A stretch of 64,000 nt of DNA, taken from Promethearchaeota archaeon. Lineage in GTDB: Archaea; Asgardarchaeota; Lokiarchaeia; Sigyniarchaeales; SOKP01. This document shows, piece after piece, positions 18,298 through 28,985 of this stretch (position 1 is its first letter; the number at the start of each line of letters is the position of its first letter). The position numbers and the translations under genes are program-made. The stretch covers positions 8,294 through 72,293 of the forward strand of contig JAGXNO010000008.1 of NCBI GenBank assembly GCA_019894975.1, in the 5' to 3' direction. The notes beneath the pieces are model-generated. The model was not told the DNA's origin. It searched no databases and saw nothing but the letters and a program-made list of their open reading frames with translations.

Positions 18298-19743
18298 TTA
18301 ATTTAAACCCCCTACAGTAATATCATCGATACGAATATAAGGTCCACCATCACAAACTCTAATACTTTGACCTCCTTTCCCACACATCCCATCAGAGTAA
18401 TTTATCTCTTTACCAATAGCAGAAATTTTGTTTAATACTTCGAGAATCATACCGCTTAAGGATACATCTCTCATTAACTCTCTTTTTTCTCCATTTTCAA
18501 TTTTATATGAAAATTTACACTTAAACTGAAAATTCCCTGTAGAGGGATCAGTATATCCATACTGGAAATCCTCACATAGAATTCCCTTTTTAGTATCCTT
18601 AATTATTTCCTCTGTACTCCAGTCACCCGGTTCTAAAAAGGTGAAACCCATACGTACTTGAGGTCTAGCAGAAAAAGATGAGGATCGTCCATGTCCGTTT
18701 GGAACCGTATCCAACCTTGAGGACGTTTCTAAGTTATGTAAGTAATTTTTTAAGATTCCATTCTTAATTATTGTGGTTTTTTGTGAAGGGATTCCCTCAT
18801 CATCTACAAAATAACAACCAAATAGTTCATAAGGTACGCCAAACTTTTTACCTTGATTCATAGTTGGATTATCTATGATATTAACTGCTTCAGAAGCAAC
18901 TTTTTCATTAATTTTATCTTTCAATATGCTATCATTGTTAAGTACTAGATCTGCTTCACATGCATGACCAAAAGCTTCATGTATCATGGTACCTGTTAGC
19001 TTGGGATCAACAATGATTGTAAACTTGCCACCAATGGGAGATTTTGCTTTTAGTAGATCCACTGCCTCTTTTGCAGATTTTTCACTTAAATTTTCAGCCT
19101 TTTCTGTATTGATAATTTCATATCCTCCAATACCTCCTACAGAATTAATAGCTCTCTGAAGTACTCCTTCTTCTTGAGTATATACTAAGCTGAATAATCG
19201 TAAAAATGATAAATCCTGAGTGATGTTATTATGAAAGGAGTTTATTAATATACTGTTAGCATGGCCATCAATATAGAGAGTATGAGTGTTCTTCACTTTT
19301 GAAGAGTAATCGGAAGCAACCTTTTCATGGTGTTTAACAAGTAGTATTTTTTCTTCGATGTCAATATCCTCTAACTTTTGTTGGATTTGGGCATTGAAGC
19401 TTTTTATGAGTGGATCCCTTTCATCAATTTTAAATTTATGTTTACATAAAGACTCTGATAACCTAGCCAACGTGATCGCTTTCTGAAATCCGGTTAGTAT
19501 TGCTTTTCGATTGAGATCTTTTAAAACACAGAAACCCCAACCGCCGTTAATGAAAGCTCTGATTCCACATTCAGTAATATAATGAGAAGAAATTTCTTTA
19601 CTTTTTAAATCTGTAAAGTCTATTGTTGCCCCATGACTTACTCCAGATCTAACATCCCAATATTCTACTTTATCTCTTGCGATATTGTGTAACTCTTTTA
19701 TTAATTTATCATCTATTTCCTTTAAATCATCGTCGAATTCCAT
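18298..19743 (-). CDS. tldD: TldD-family zinc metalloprotease
   Basis: 481 aa with HEAFGHACEAD (HExxxH) and the glycine-rich C-terminal GMCGKGGQ motif. Confidence 0.85.
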   Translation of the reverse strand: MEFDDDLKEIDDKLIKELHNIARDKVEYWDVRSGVSHGATIDFTDLKSKEISSHYITECGIRAFINGGWGFCVLKDLNRKAILTGFQKAITLARLSESLCKHKFKIDERDPLIKSFNAQIQQKLEDIDIEEKILLVKHHEKVASDYSSKVKNTHTLYIDGHANSILINSFHNNITQDLSFLRLFSLVYTQEEGVLQRAINSVGGIGGYEIINTEKAENLSEKSAKEAVDLLKAKSPIGGKFTIIVDPKLTGTMIHEAFGHACEADLVLNNDSILKDKINEKVASEAVNIIDNPTMNQGKKFGVPYELFGCYFVDDEGIPSQKTTIIKNGILKNYLHNLETSSRLDTVPNGHGRSSSFSARPQVRMGFTFLEPGDWSTEEIIKDTKKGILCEDFQYGYTDPSTGNFQFKCKFSYKIENGEKRELMRDVSLSGMILEVLNKISAIGKEINYSDGMCGKGGQSIRVCDGGPYIRIDDITVGGLN

Positions 19744-19892
19744 ATCTATTACTCAGCTTGAATTTAGTTTCAATATATTAATTAGGGGTATTGGTTAAAG
19801 ATGTTTTATAAAAGAATTGTAGAAAACTATCTTAAATACCTTTGTTTTTTAATATATCTACTTGATTTTGACCACACATTTAAAAAGAAGCT

Positions 19893-20090
19893 TCAAGGAT
19901 TAGTCTTCAGTTCTTTAATAATAAATATTGCTCCCTTTGTTGTACACTTTTTAGAAAACTTGGTAGAATTTTTAAAGGTAAACGAATGATTACATTTCCA
20001 ACATTTTTTAGTTTTAATAACTCGGTTTGTATAATACCACTCCCCACATCGATAACATCTATAAAAAAAGTATTTTTGTGTGTTGGACAT
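19893..20090 (-). CDS. Small zinc-ribbon protein (DUF1922-like)
   Basis: 65 aa with CYRCGEWYYTNRVIKTKKCWKCNHSF (CxxC-x16-CxxC). Confidence 0.45.
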   Translation of the reverse strand: MSNTQKYFFYRCYRCGEWYYTNRVIKTKKCWKCNHSFTFKNSTKFSKKCTTKGAIFIIKELKTNP

Positions 20091-20303
20091 ATAACAAGGA
20101 TTAAATCAATAAAAAAATATAAGTTAATTTAGCGAGAAGATTTACTAATTTTTAAACATTAGAGTAATAATAAGACCTAATTCTACTTATTATAAAATGA
20201 ATTTACTCTTAACCTATTCAAATTATTTTATCTTAAATAAAATAAGATATAAGTTTTGATGAATCATTATTTTAATTATAAGCAATAAAAAATAGTAGAA
20301 ATT

Positions 20304-21662
20304 ATGGGTCATAAATTTATTCATCCAATTGAAACAAGATATAGAACGGAGATTGCAGATTTATTTACAGAAGAAAAAAAGTTGGAAAATTGGTTAAAGG
20401 TAGAAGCTGTATTAGCAGAAGTACACGCAGAATTAGGTAATATTCCTAAAGAGGCAGCAAAAGAAATACAAAAAAAGGCTAACTTAAATTACGTTAAATT
20501 GGAAAGGGTGAAGGAAATTGATAAAGAAATTCATCATGATTTAATGGCAATGGTTAAAGGCTTAGCAGAGCAATGTGATGAGGGTGCGGGTAAATACATA
20601 CATCTTGGTGCCACTAGCTATGATATTGAAGACTCTGCTACAGCCTTACAATTAAAAGAAGCTTTAAATTATATTAGAAGTGCTTTATTAGAACTACTGA
20701 TGACTCTGATTAAATTAACAGAGGAAAAAAAAGATCTGGTATGTATTGGGAGAACACATGGACAACATGCAATTCCTACAACATTTGGGATGAGATTTGG
20801 GGTATGGGCTTATGAAATAGATAGGCATCTCGATCGGATATCCGAAGTTCTAGAACGCATATCTTTTGGGAAAATGTCTGGTGCTGTCGGTACGATGGCA
20901 GGTTTTGAAGATAAGGGGATGGAGATACAAAAACGTGTAATGGAGAAGCTCAATTTAAGTCCAGTTCTAATCGCCAACCAAGTAGTACAGAGAGATCGTC
21001 ATGCTGAAGTTATCTTTTTGACTTCATTAATAGGTCAGACCTTAGCAAAAATCGCAAGAGAAAATCGAGTTCTTCAACGAACTGAAATAGCTGAGATGTT
21101 TGAACCATTCAAAAAATCACAGGTGGGAAGTAGTACTATGCCGCATAAAAGAAATCCCCACAAGTCTGAAAGAATTTGCAGCTTAGCAAGAATACTTAAA
21201 TCAAATGTTATACCTGCTTTAGATAATATCGTTTTAGAAGATGAAAGAGACATGACTAACTCTGCCTCTGAAAGAATAATTTTTGGAGAAAATTTTGTTA
21301 TATTGGATTATATGATCAAAGGATTATTGAAAAATCTTCAAGGAATTAAATTTGACACAGTAAAAATTGAAGAAAATTTAAACCTTACAAAAGGTGCATG
21401 TTTAACTGAAAAAGTAATGGTTCAGCTTGTTAATAAAGGAATTGGGAGACAAGAGGGACATGAATTATTAAGACAATCAGCTATATTAGCCCGTAAAGAG
21501 AACCGTTATATGAAAGATATTCTGTTTGAAAATAATAAAATTACTAATCTATTCTCAAAAGAAGAGGTAACTGAATTATTTGATCCACATAAATATATAG
21601 GAAAAGCAGTTGATCAAGTAGAGAATTTAGTTAAATTTCTTAAAAATAAATATAACTGCTAG
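20304..21662 (+). CDS. purB: Adenylosuccinate lyase
   Basis: Fumarate-lyase signature GSSTMPHKRNP, plus GRTHGQHAIPTTFG. Confidence 0.9.
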   Translation: MGHKFIHPIETRYRTEIADLFTEEKKLENWLKVEAVLAEVHAELGNIPKEAAKEIQKKANLNYVKLERVKEIDKEIHHDLMAMVKGLAEQCDEGAGKYIHLGATSYDIEDSATALQLKEALNYIRSALLELLMTLIKLTEEKKDLVCIGRTHGQHAIPTTFGMRFGVWAYEIDRHLDRISEVLERISFGKMSGAVGTMAGFEDKGMEIQKRVMEKLNLSPVLIANQVVQRDRHAEVIFLTSLIGQTLAKIARENRVLQRTEIAEMFEPFKKSQVGSSTMPHKRNPHKSERICSLARILKSNVIPALDNIVLEDERDMTNSASERIIFGENFVILDYMIKGLLKNLQGIKFDTVKIEENLNLTKGACLTEKVMVQLVNKGIGRQEGHELLRQSAILARKENRYMKDILFENNKITNLFSKEEVTELFDPHKYIGKAVDQVENLVKFLKNKYNC

Positions 21663-21671
21663 CTAACAAAA

Positions 21672-22853
21672 ATGGCTGATAATAAAAATATTTATTCCAA
21701 ATTAGGTGTTTCTTCTAAAAAAGAAGATGTTCATAAAGCGATTGAAAAATTGGATAAAGGTCTCTTCCCTGGTTCATTTTGTAAAATTGTAAAAGATGTA
21801 AACAATCGTAAGGATTATTGCTCTGTTTTCCATGCTGATGGCGCAGGAACGAAATCAAGTTTAGCTTATATGTACTATAAGGAGATTGGGGATATCGATG
21901 TTTTTAGAGGTGTTGTAAGAGATGCTATTATCATGAATGTCGATGATATTTTATGCGTTGGTGCGACTGATAACATGTTTCTATCTAATAACATCGGAAG
22001 AAATAGTAATAATATCTCAGGAGATATCCTCGCTACAATTATAGATGAATATTATTCATATAGTAACAAGTTAACGGAACTTGGTTTGAATGTAATTATG
22101 TGTGGAGGAGAAACCGCTGATGTTGGGGATGTAGTAAAAACAGTCCTCCTAGATGCATCTGTATTCACCAGCATGAAGAGAGCGGAAGTCATAAACGCGG
22201 AAGACATTCAGAATGATGATGTAATTATAGGACTTGCTAGTTCTGGTAAAGCAATATATGAGGAAGAATATAATAGTGGAATCGGTAGTAATGGATTAAC
22301 ACTAGCAAGGCATGGTATCCTCTCTCATGATTATTATAACAAATATCCTGAATGTTATGATCACAGTATAGATGAGGAACTACTATTTTTTGGTAAATAT
22401 CATCTTACAGATCCTTTAAAAGGTCTTAATTTAACAGTTGGGAAGGCTTTATTATCACCTACAAGAACATATAGCCCCATTTTAATAGAAGTTTTAAATA
22501 AGTACAGGTCAAAGATACATGGAATAATCCATAATACAGGAGGAGGTCAAACCAAGAATCTAAATTATGGTAGAAGTATTAAATATATCAAAAATAATCT
22601 ATTCTCTTTACCACAAATATTTGAACTTATTCAAAATTCATCAGAAATTCAATGGAAAGAAATGTTTAGTGTTTTTAATATGGGGCATAGAATGGAATTG
22701 TATTGTGAAGAAGGAGTTGCAAAAGAGATAATCAAGATTGCTACAAAGTATAACGTCGAATCTAAAATTATTGGACATTGTGAGAAATCACCCGATAAGA
22801 ATAAAAATGTTGTCGAGATTAATTCTGAATTTGGTTCTTTCAATTATAGATAA
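21672..22853 (+). CDS. purM: PurM-like AIR synthase family protein (phosphoribosylformylglycinamidine cyclo-ligase, long form)
   Basis: FHADGAGTKSSLAY, MNVDDILCVGA, GGETADVGD and IHNTGGGQTKN are typical PurM N- and C-domain motifs. The gene sits directly after purB. Confidence 0.65.
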   Translation: MADNKNIYSKLGVSSKKEDVHKAIEKLDKGLFPGSFCKIVKDVNNRKDYCSVFHADGAGTKSSLAYMYYKEIGDIDVFRGVVRDAIIMNVDDILCVGATDNMFLSNNIGRNSNNISGDILATIIDEYYSYSNKLTELGLNVIMCGGETADVGDVVKTVLLDASVFTSMKRAEVINAEDIQNDDVIIGLASSGKAIYEEEYNSGIGSNGLTLARHGILSHDYYNKYPECYDHSIDEELLFFGKYHLTDPLKGLNLTVGKALLSPTRTYSPILIEVLNKYRSKIHGIIHNTGGGQTKNLNYGRSIKYIKNNLFSLPQIFELIQNSSEIQWKEMFSVFNMGHRMELYCEEGVAKEIIKIATKYNVESKIIGHCEKSPDKNKNVVEINSEFGSFNYR

Positions 22854-22867
22854 AACGAATAGAGTTG

Positions 22868-23815
22868 ATGAAAATTTTTGATGTTATTTGTATTGGAGCC
22901 GCTCTTGTTGATATGGTTGCTCGAGTTGAGAGGTATCCTGAACAGGACGACGAAGTTTTTGTTTCCAATTTAACCTTATTTTCTGGAGGAGCTGCTGCTA
23001 ATACGGTTTATGCATGTGCAAAATTAGGACTTAAAACTGCATTCATTGGGAAATTGGGGAGAAATGATGTATTTGGATCAAAAATCTTAAATGATTTTAA
23101 TGAAGTAAACGTTGAAACTAAATTTCTAAAATATTCAGATGAGTTTAACACCGGTTCTGCCTACGTTGCATTAAGTAAAGAAGGAGAAAGGAAAATTTAC
23201 GCATATAGTGGGGCTGCGAATTATCTTTCGAAGGCAGATATAATCGAAGAGGAGGTATCTCAGACCAATCTTCTTTATTTAAGCAGTTTAAAAAATATGG
23301 AACCTTTTATCCAAGCTGCTGTAATTGGGAGAAAACGTAAGATCCCTATTATTTTAAATCCAGGAATGTTGATTGTTGAGCAAGGATTAGCTAAAATTGA
23401 GAGTCTTTTGAGAAAAATAGACGTTTTAATAATATCCCAAAGAGAATTTACTGTGCTTAACGGTTTCGAACAAGAAAAAATAGATCTTGAAAGGTTTAAA
23501 AAAGAATCATATAAAATTTTTTCTTTTGGAGTAAGGGTTCTTATTATAACGATGGGTAAGAAAGGAGCTTTAATACTAACACAGAATAATGCCCAAGTTG
23601 TTCCACCCATAGAAACGGATAATGTTGTCGACACTACAGGGGCAGGAGACGCCTTTTCTGCGGGTTTCATATATGGATTTATTCAAAATTCAAGCTTTAA
23701 ATTTGAAGATCTTACAAATAATGTTAGGATTGGGAATTTTATAGCGGGTAAATGCATTGAGAAGTTAGGCGCAAGAAATGGAATACCGGAAAAGGGAGAC
23801 ATTGAATTAGAATAA
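22868..23815 (+). CDS. PfkB-family carbohydrate/nucleoside kinase (ribokinase-like)
   Basis: GGAAANTVYA near the N-terminus and DTTGAGDAFSAGFIYG (PfkB signature 2). Confidence 0.8.
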   Translation: MKIFDVICIGAALVDMVARVERYPEQDDEVFVSNLTLFSGGAAANTVYACAKLGLKTAFIGKLGRNDVFGSKILNDFNEVNVETKFLKYSDEFNTGSAYVALSKEGERKIYAYSGAANYLSKADIIEEEVSQTNLLYLSSLKNMEPFIQAAVIGRKRKIPIILNPGMLIVEQGLAKIESLLRKIDVLIISQREFTVLNGFEQEKIDLERFKKESYKIFSFGVRVLIITMGKKGALILTQNNAQVVPPIETDNVVDTTGAGDAFSAGFIYGFIQNSSFKFEDLTNNVRIGNFIAGKCIEKLGARNGIPEKGDIELE

Positions 23816-23887
23816 TTAATGGGAGTAATCAAAAAGTTTTTAATTTTTCAAATCAATAATTTTTTATCTTAAAGTGAGTGAATAGCT

Positions 23888-24961
23888 ATGTTTTATCCAA
23901 AAGCAAAGAAAAATACTGCAAAAAGGAGGTTTTCTTTTTTTCTTTATGATGTTGCATTAGTATTTGTTTTCTTATTCGTCCTTCTTATAATACCTTTATT
24001 TATTATACCGTTAGTTGTTGAGGAAGTATCTGCTTTATACGGAGTTATTTTCTACGCTGTGAGGGCAGTTATGGTTTTAGTGGGTATTCCCGCTATATTA
24101 TATTTAACTAATCTAATATTCGAGTTTCAGAAAAAAAAAGTTATCATTCATGAGGATATATCTCCCGCAACAAGTCATCTAAAGTTATTTACAATCAGTA
24201 AAAAAAATTATAAATATCAGATTCTATACGGATTCTTAATTTTCTTTTTAGTTTTCCTCCCCATAGATTTCTTTACCTTCTTACTTCTTCCTGATACAGT
24301 CGTTTACCAAGCATTGGTTCTTGGAGTGAGATCTACTAATATCTATTTATCTCCTCTAACAGATAGTTACTTAGTCTTTTTAATTTCTGCAATTGCAATT
24401 CAAATATCTGTTGCCGTGACCGAAGAAACAATTGCGAGAGGGTTTTTAGCGAAACGAGGAAGCGAATATTTCCCTAAAATGTCAGCAGTTATGATATCAT
24501 CACTTTATTTTGGATTAGGTCATTTAGCATACATTCTTGATCTTTATTCATGGTATCCTGTTCTCTGGTTTGTTCAAGCATTTATAATTGGTATTATCCT
24601 ATCGTTATTTGTGTTAAGAAAAATGTGGATTCTTCCTGTAATATTGGCCCACACACTAAATAATATTGTCTCTGCGCATACAATTTGGAGTTTTTGGCAC
24701 GGAATCAGTTTTAAAATATTGGTATTTGTGATCTATATTCCTTTGTTCATTGTTGGTATTTTGTTTATTGTCGTTTGTGTATTATTAGTGTGGCCATTAT
24801 CAAATGTAAAACGGGGATTTTCAAATGGTTTTGAACTCTTTAGGTCCTATTTTAAGAAAGAGAAAGAAGAAAAATCTGTAGGAGATAGCTTATTCCGTGT
24901 GTTTTTTGATATTTTAATTGGCTGTCTAATTTTCCTTATGGGGATGTTAATTGCCATTTAA
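23888..24961 (+). CDS. CPBP-family intramembrane metalloprotease (CAAX protease-like)
   Basis: Polytopic protein with EETIARGF (EExxxR), FGLGH and HTLNN motifs in successive TM helices. Confidence 0.7.
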   Translation: MFYPKAKKNTAKRRFSFFLYDVALVFVFLFVLLIIPLFIIPLVVEEVSALYGVIFYAVRAVMVLVGIPAILYLTNLIFEFQKKKVIIHEDISPATSHLKLFTISKKNYKYQILYGFLIFFLVFLPIDFFTFLLLPDTVVYQALVLGVRSTNIYLSPLTDSYLVFLISAIAIQISVAVTEETIARGFLAKRGSEYFPKMSAVMISSLYFGLGHLAYILDLYSWYPVLWFVQAFIIGIILSLFVLRKMWILPVILAHTLNNIVSAHTIWSFWHGISFKILVFVIYIPLFIVGILFIVVCVLLVWPLSNVKRGFSNGFELFRSYFKKEKEEKSVGDSLFRVFFDILIGCLIFLMGMLIAI

Positions 24962-24976
24962 AGGAGTGTCGTTTTA

Positions 24977-25495
24977 ATGAAGTTAGGAATAATTTCTGAC
25001 ACTCATATAACCTCTATTACCAAGAAGGATCAAGTTGATTCTCTTATCAATCAAATAAAGAATGTATTCAAAGATGTCGATAAAATTATCCATGCTGGAG
25101 ATGTCAGTGAACTTTTTTTTTTAAGAGAGCTTGAAAGTATTGCTCCTGTGACTGCTGTAAAAGGAGATGTTGAAGATATCGAAACCTTGCCACAATATGC
25201 AAATATTTCCGTTGGTCAGTATAATATTGGAATAATCCATATATTACCAGAAAATCTTGAAGAATTCATGAAAAATAATAATCTACAGATTCTTATTAAT
25301 GGACACACTCATATCCCTCTTATAAAAGGTACCGAGTTTAATACTCTCCTATTAAATCCGGGTTCCCCTACAAAACCAAACGTACCCCCTCAAAAGCCAG
25401 GATTCCTCAAGCCTGTAGCAAGACCTACGGTTATAACATTAAATGTTGATGAGAATGATATTTTATCTACCTTTATTATAACCCTAAAGCTTTAA
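24977..25495 (+). CDS. MJ0936/YfcE-type metallophosphoesterase
   Basis: ISDTH, HAGD and NGHTH metallophosphatase motifs in a 172-aa protein. Confidence 0.75.
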   Translation: MKLGIISDTHITSITKKDQVDSLINQIKNVFKDVDKIIHAGDVSELFFLRELESIAPVTAVKGDVEDIETLPQYANISVGQYNIGIIHILPENLEEFMKNNNLQILINGHTHIPLIKGTEFNTLLLNPGSPTKPNVPPQKPGFLKPVARPTVITLNVDENDILSTFIITLKL

Positions 25496-25710
25496 GGAAT
25501 ATTGTCATTAGTAAGTTTCATCAAATTATTTAATACATTTGTAGAAATAAGATAGGAAAGTAAATGTAATTTGAATTAACAGAATTATGATAATTCAAAT
25601 AATTTTAAATATTATTTAATTCATATTAATTATACATAGAAAGTTTATGCGTAAGTGTTAGATTTAGATAATTATTACTCTATTATTACTAAAAAATTAA
25701 GTATTTAGGG

Positions 25711-26121
25711 GTGTTCGTTAAATTGGTAAGTAAACTCGGTTTAGTACTAAAAGAACTTAATGAAAATGGAAATTTTCGTGCTTCACTTTTTGCTACATCA
25801 GCAGGTCTAGTACTTGCCTCCCAAAAAGAAGAAAAAATAGATGAACGCGTAGTTGCCGCTATGGGGTCTTTATTAAGTGATGCTGCATATAAGGCTGCAG
25901 AGGAAATGGACTTAACTGAAGTAACAAGTATGAAAATTAAATACAAAGATGACTATATAATAATGAGAAACATCATTATGGGTGAAGATAAAACTCAATT
26001 TCTTTTAGCGATTCTAACGAAACTCCCTGAAAGCGAAGAAATTGAAAAATATATTGATCAATTACTAGATTGGGCAGAAGAAAATAGTAAAGGAGACCTG
26101 GAAAAACTCTCTTCGCTTTAA
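25711..26121 (+). CDS. Roadblock/LC7 (MglB-like) domain protein
   Basis: Pattern of beta-hairpin ASLFATSAGLVLAS, long helix DERVVAAMGSLLSDAAYKAAEEMDL, then strands TSMKIKYKDDYIIMRNI and FLLAILT. GTG start. Confidence 0.6.
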   Translation: MFVKLVSKLGLVLKELNENGNFRASLFATSAGLVLASQKEEKIDERVVAAMGSLLSDAAYKAAEEMDLTEVTSMKIKYKDDYIIMRNIIMGEDKTQFLLAILTKLPESEEIEKYIDQLLDWAEENSKGDLEKLSSL

Positions 26122-26142
26122 TATTATCCCTATCTTTATTAT

Positions 26143-26769
26143 TTAGAAGTTACCTAAAAATTTCAATACTTCCGTAGCAACTTGCTCTTCATAACCCCCG
26201 TAAAAATGGTCTGTATCAAGGATAAGACTTGTTTTTGGATCCGAATAAGATTCATAATTCTCTAGAAATTGGTCAAATTGAGCTACTTGATCCCTGTTTC
26301 CTTGAATAAATAATTTAGGCTTAGAAGTTTGAGAATTTTGCTTATAGTTCTCCATAAATCCCCACGGAAAGGCTATAGAGATGAATCCAATTATTTTATC
26401 TGAATAGTTCACTGTTGAACATCCTATCGCTGCCCCATATGAATATCCACATACTACTATTCTCTCAAAACCTTCTTTTATTAAAAAATCAATGCAAGCA
26501 TGAACGTCACTCACTTCTCCTGTCCCATTTGAATGAGAACCTGTAGAACTTCCAACACCTCTAAAATTGAACCTTAAACAGGAACAATCATGTTCTATTA
26601 ACTTTTTAAATACTCCGGAGACAACATTATTATACATGTTACCCCCATATTGAGGATGGGGATGACATATTAATGTAATAGGTTTAATTTTACCTAAACT
26701 CGATTGGAAAGATTCTGCTTCTAGTTTATTTTCATCATTAGGTATGAAAAATTTATCAACAGCTACCAT
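26143..26769 (-). CDS. Alpha/beta hydrolase
   Basis: 208 aa with the nucleophile elbow GYSYG and a C-terminal DHF (His). Overall a short esterase-like fold. Confidence 0.7.
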   Translation of the reverse strand: MVAVDKFFIPNDENKLEAESFQSSLGKIKPITLICHPHPQYGGNMYNNVVSGVFKKLIEHDCSCLRFNFRGVGSSTGSHSNGTGEVSDVHACIDFLIKEGFERIVVCGYSYGAAIGCSTVNYSDKIIGFISIAFPWGFMENYKQNSQTSKPKLFIQGNRDQVAQFDQFLENYESYSDPKTSLILDTDHFYGGYEEQVATEVLKFLGNF

Positions 26770-26831
26770 ATAGTTTATTTAATTTAAAAATTAAATAAAC
26801 TTGATCAATGAATGTGCGAGATTTGTGAGAT

Positions 26832-27686
26832 ATGAGTCATTATAATCGGTTAATTATTCAAAAAAAACTTAAAGAATTTATTGAGGAGGATTGTAATTTT
26901 GCAGATGTCTCCTCAAGTGTCATACCTGAAAATGCTGAAACAACAGCAAAAATTATTACCAAAAGTGCAGGGTACATTTCAGGATTAAAAGAAATAGAAA
27001 TATTATTTGACATATTAAATGTCTCTACAGTTTTTAAAAAAAAAGAGGGAGAAGAATTTAAGGAGGGGGATTTGATAACTGAATTACATGGAAAAACTAG
27101 AGATATTTTACTAGGAGAAAGAGTCGGACTTAATCTTTTAACTCATATGAGTGCAATAACCTCAACAACTAAAAAGTTCGTGGAAATTATAAAAAATGCC
27201 GGGAAAAATGTAAAAATTGCGTGTACACGGAAAACTACACCAGGATTACGAATTTTTGAAAAAAAAGCGGTTGAAATTGGGGGAGGAGATCCACATAGGT
27301 TTTCCTTGGATGAGGTTCTACTAAAAGATACTCACTTAAGGTTTTATAAAGGAGATATTGAAAAATTACTAGGAGATATTAAGAAAAAGGTAAGCTTCAC
27401 TAAAAAAATTGAACTCGAGATTGAAGAAATAGGAGATGTCTTAATCGCTGCAAAAAATGGAGCAGATATTATTATGCTTGATAATTTTACTCCTGATCAA
27501 GTAGAGGATGCTATCAATTTATTAAAGCAAAATAACCTTCGTGAAAAGATTATTATTGAAGTTTCTGGGGGAATAACTCCAGAAAATCTTGTAGATTATT
27601 TACTTTCAGATCCTGATGTTATTAGTTCAGGCCAAATAACTCAATTTCCATCCGAACAGGTAGATTTTTCACTCCGATTTGATTGA
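26832..27686 (+). CDS. nadC: Nicotinate-nucleotide pyrophosphorylase (carboxylating), i.e. quinolinate phosphoribosyltransferase
   Basis: ERVGLNLLTHMSAITSTT, TRKTTPGLRIFEKKAVEIGGG, IMLDNF and EVSGGIT motifs. Confidence 0.85.
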   Translation: MSHYNRLIIQKKLKEFIEEDCNFADVSSSVIPENAETTAKIITKSAGYISGLKEIEILFDILNVSTVFKKKEGEEFKEGDLITELHGKTRDILLGERVGLNLLTHMSAITSTTKKFVEIIKNAGKNVKIACTRKTTPGLRIFEKKAVEIGGGDPHRFSLDEVLLKDTHLRFYKGDIEKLLGDIKKKVSFTKKIELEIEEIGDVLIAAKNGADIIMLDNFTPDQVEDAINLLKQNNLREKIIIEVSGGITPENLVDYLLSDPDVISSGQITQFPSEQVDFSLRFD

Positions 27687-27693
27687 AGGGGTA

Positions 27694-28086
27694 TTAATCG
27701 ATAATTATTTCACGAATAGAACAGATTACATCTTTAATTTTTGCTAATTCTCTATATAAGTCTTTAATTATCTCAACTTCGCCTACTAATAAAACTATTT
27801 CAATTTTTTTCTCCACTATCCGCCAATCTGTTATAGTTTTTATAATTTGGTGAAATCGTGAATATAAATCTGAAATTTGATTAATAGTAACCTCCTTGAA
27901 GGGATAAACAAGACTTATCGTCATTATTTTATATCCTTCTAAATTATCAAAATTTTCATTTTTTTCAATAAAATTAACAATTGAATCCCTCAAAGCTTCA
28001 CTTTTAGAATTAAAACCACTTTGATTTCTAACTTTTTCAAATCTCTCTAATAAATCATCACTAATTTGCAATGAAATGATTGGCAT
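27694..28086 (-). CDS. NikR-like ribbon-helix-helix transcriptional regulator
   Basis: N-terminal RHH (ISLQISDDLLERFEKV...SKSEALRDSI) plus a C-terminal ACT-like domain, 130 aa. Confidence 0.6.
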   Translation of the reverse strand: MPIISLQISDDLLERFEKVRNQSGFNSKSEALRDSIVNFIEKNENFDNLEGYKIMTISLVYPFKEVTINQISDLYSRFHQIIKTITDWRIVEKKIEIVLLVGEVEIIKDLYRELAKIKDVICSIREIIID

Positions 28087-28137
28087 GATAAGATCACTAA
28101 AATAATATTAAATATAATTTTTTTACTTATTTCTATT

Positions 28138-28968
28138 TTAGAGAAATTTGTTTATAAAATTAATACTCTGAGCTAGATCTTTTGCGGTAGATAATTCAAT
28201 AATAATTGGTCCTTGATAATTATGATTATTCATAACTTGAAAGATTTCATGAAAATTCACTTTTCCCGTTCCTAACGGTGGATGAGTGTCTGAATCTTTA
28301 CTGAAATTATCGACAATATGAACATTTTTAATTATTTTATCGAAATAATCCCATAATTTATTAATGTCCCCGTCACAGGTATAAAAGTGGCTTGTATCAT
28401 ACGTAATATAAAGATCTTTGCGATTAATTTTGGAAAGCGTATTTTTTATGTCATTTTCATCAAGCATTATATGGCAATTTTTGGGCATATTTTCCAAACA
28501 AATCCTCACATCTGAGGTATTCATTGAACTTAACAACTTTTGAATTGATTGGGCTAATTTATTTTTATTATACTCTCTAATTGAATTTATTAGAAAGTTC
28601 GCTAGTCCCGGATGAATAGTCAGTAGATTGACACCAATTTCCCTACAAATTTTTATGGTTTTTAAATAAGACTCAACTGATGCGTTAGAAATGATATCAT
28701 TATGTGTACACAGATTTACATCGATAAAAGGCCCATGAATCTGTTTTTTTAGTGAAAAGGAGTTAACAAGGTTTATGAACCGGGTTTTATGTTCTTCTTT
28801 AATAACTTCGGGGGGATCAAGAACTAACTCAACAGTTTCTATATTATTATTTTCAGCAAAAATAAGACAATCCTCAGAAGCCTTGAGTACTAAATCGGCT
28901 AGGTCTTCATACTTATTAGAAAGTCCGTATTCAATAATAAATCCTAAAGAACTTATTCCTAATTCCAT
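28138..28968 (-). CDS. Sugar-phosphate isomerase/epimerase (xylose isomerase-like TIM barrel)
   Basis: 276 aa with the LTIHPG, CLEN and YDTSH metal/active-site pattern typical of the AP endonuclease 2 / Hyi-like TIM barrel family. Confidence 0.7.
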   Translation of the reverse strand: MELGISSLGFIIEYGLSNKYEDLADLVLKASEDCLIFAENNNIETVELVLDPPEVIKEEHKTRFINLVNSFSLKKQIHGPFIDVNLCTHNDIISNASVESYLKTIKICREIGVNLLTIHPGLANFLINSIREYNKNKLAQSIQKLLSSMNTSDVRICLENMPKNCHIMLDENDIKNTLSKINRKDLYITYDTSHFYTCDGDINKLWDYFDKIIKNVHIVDNFSKDSDTHPPLGTGKVNFHEIFQVMNNHNYQGPIIIELSTAKDLAQSINFINKFL

Positions 28969-28985
28969 GATTCTACACCGTATTT

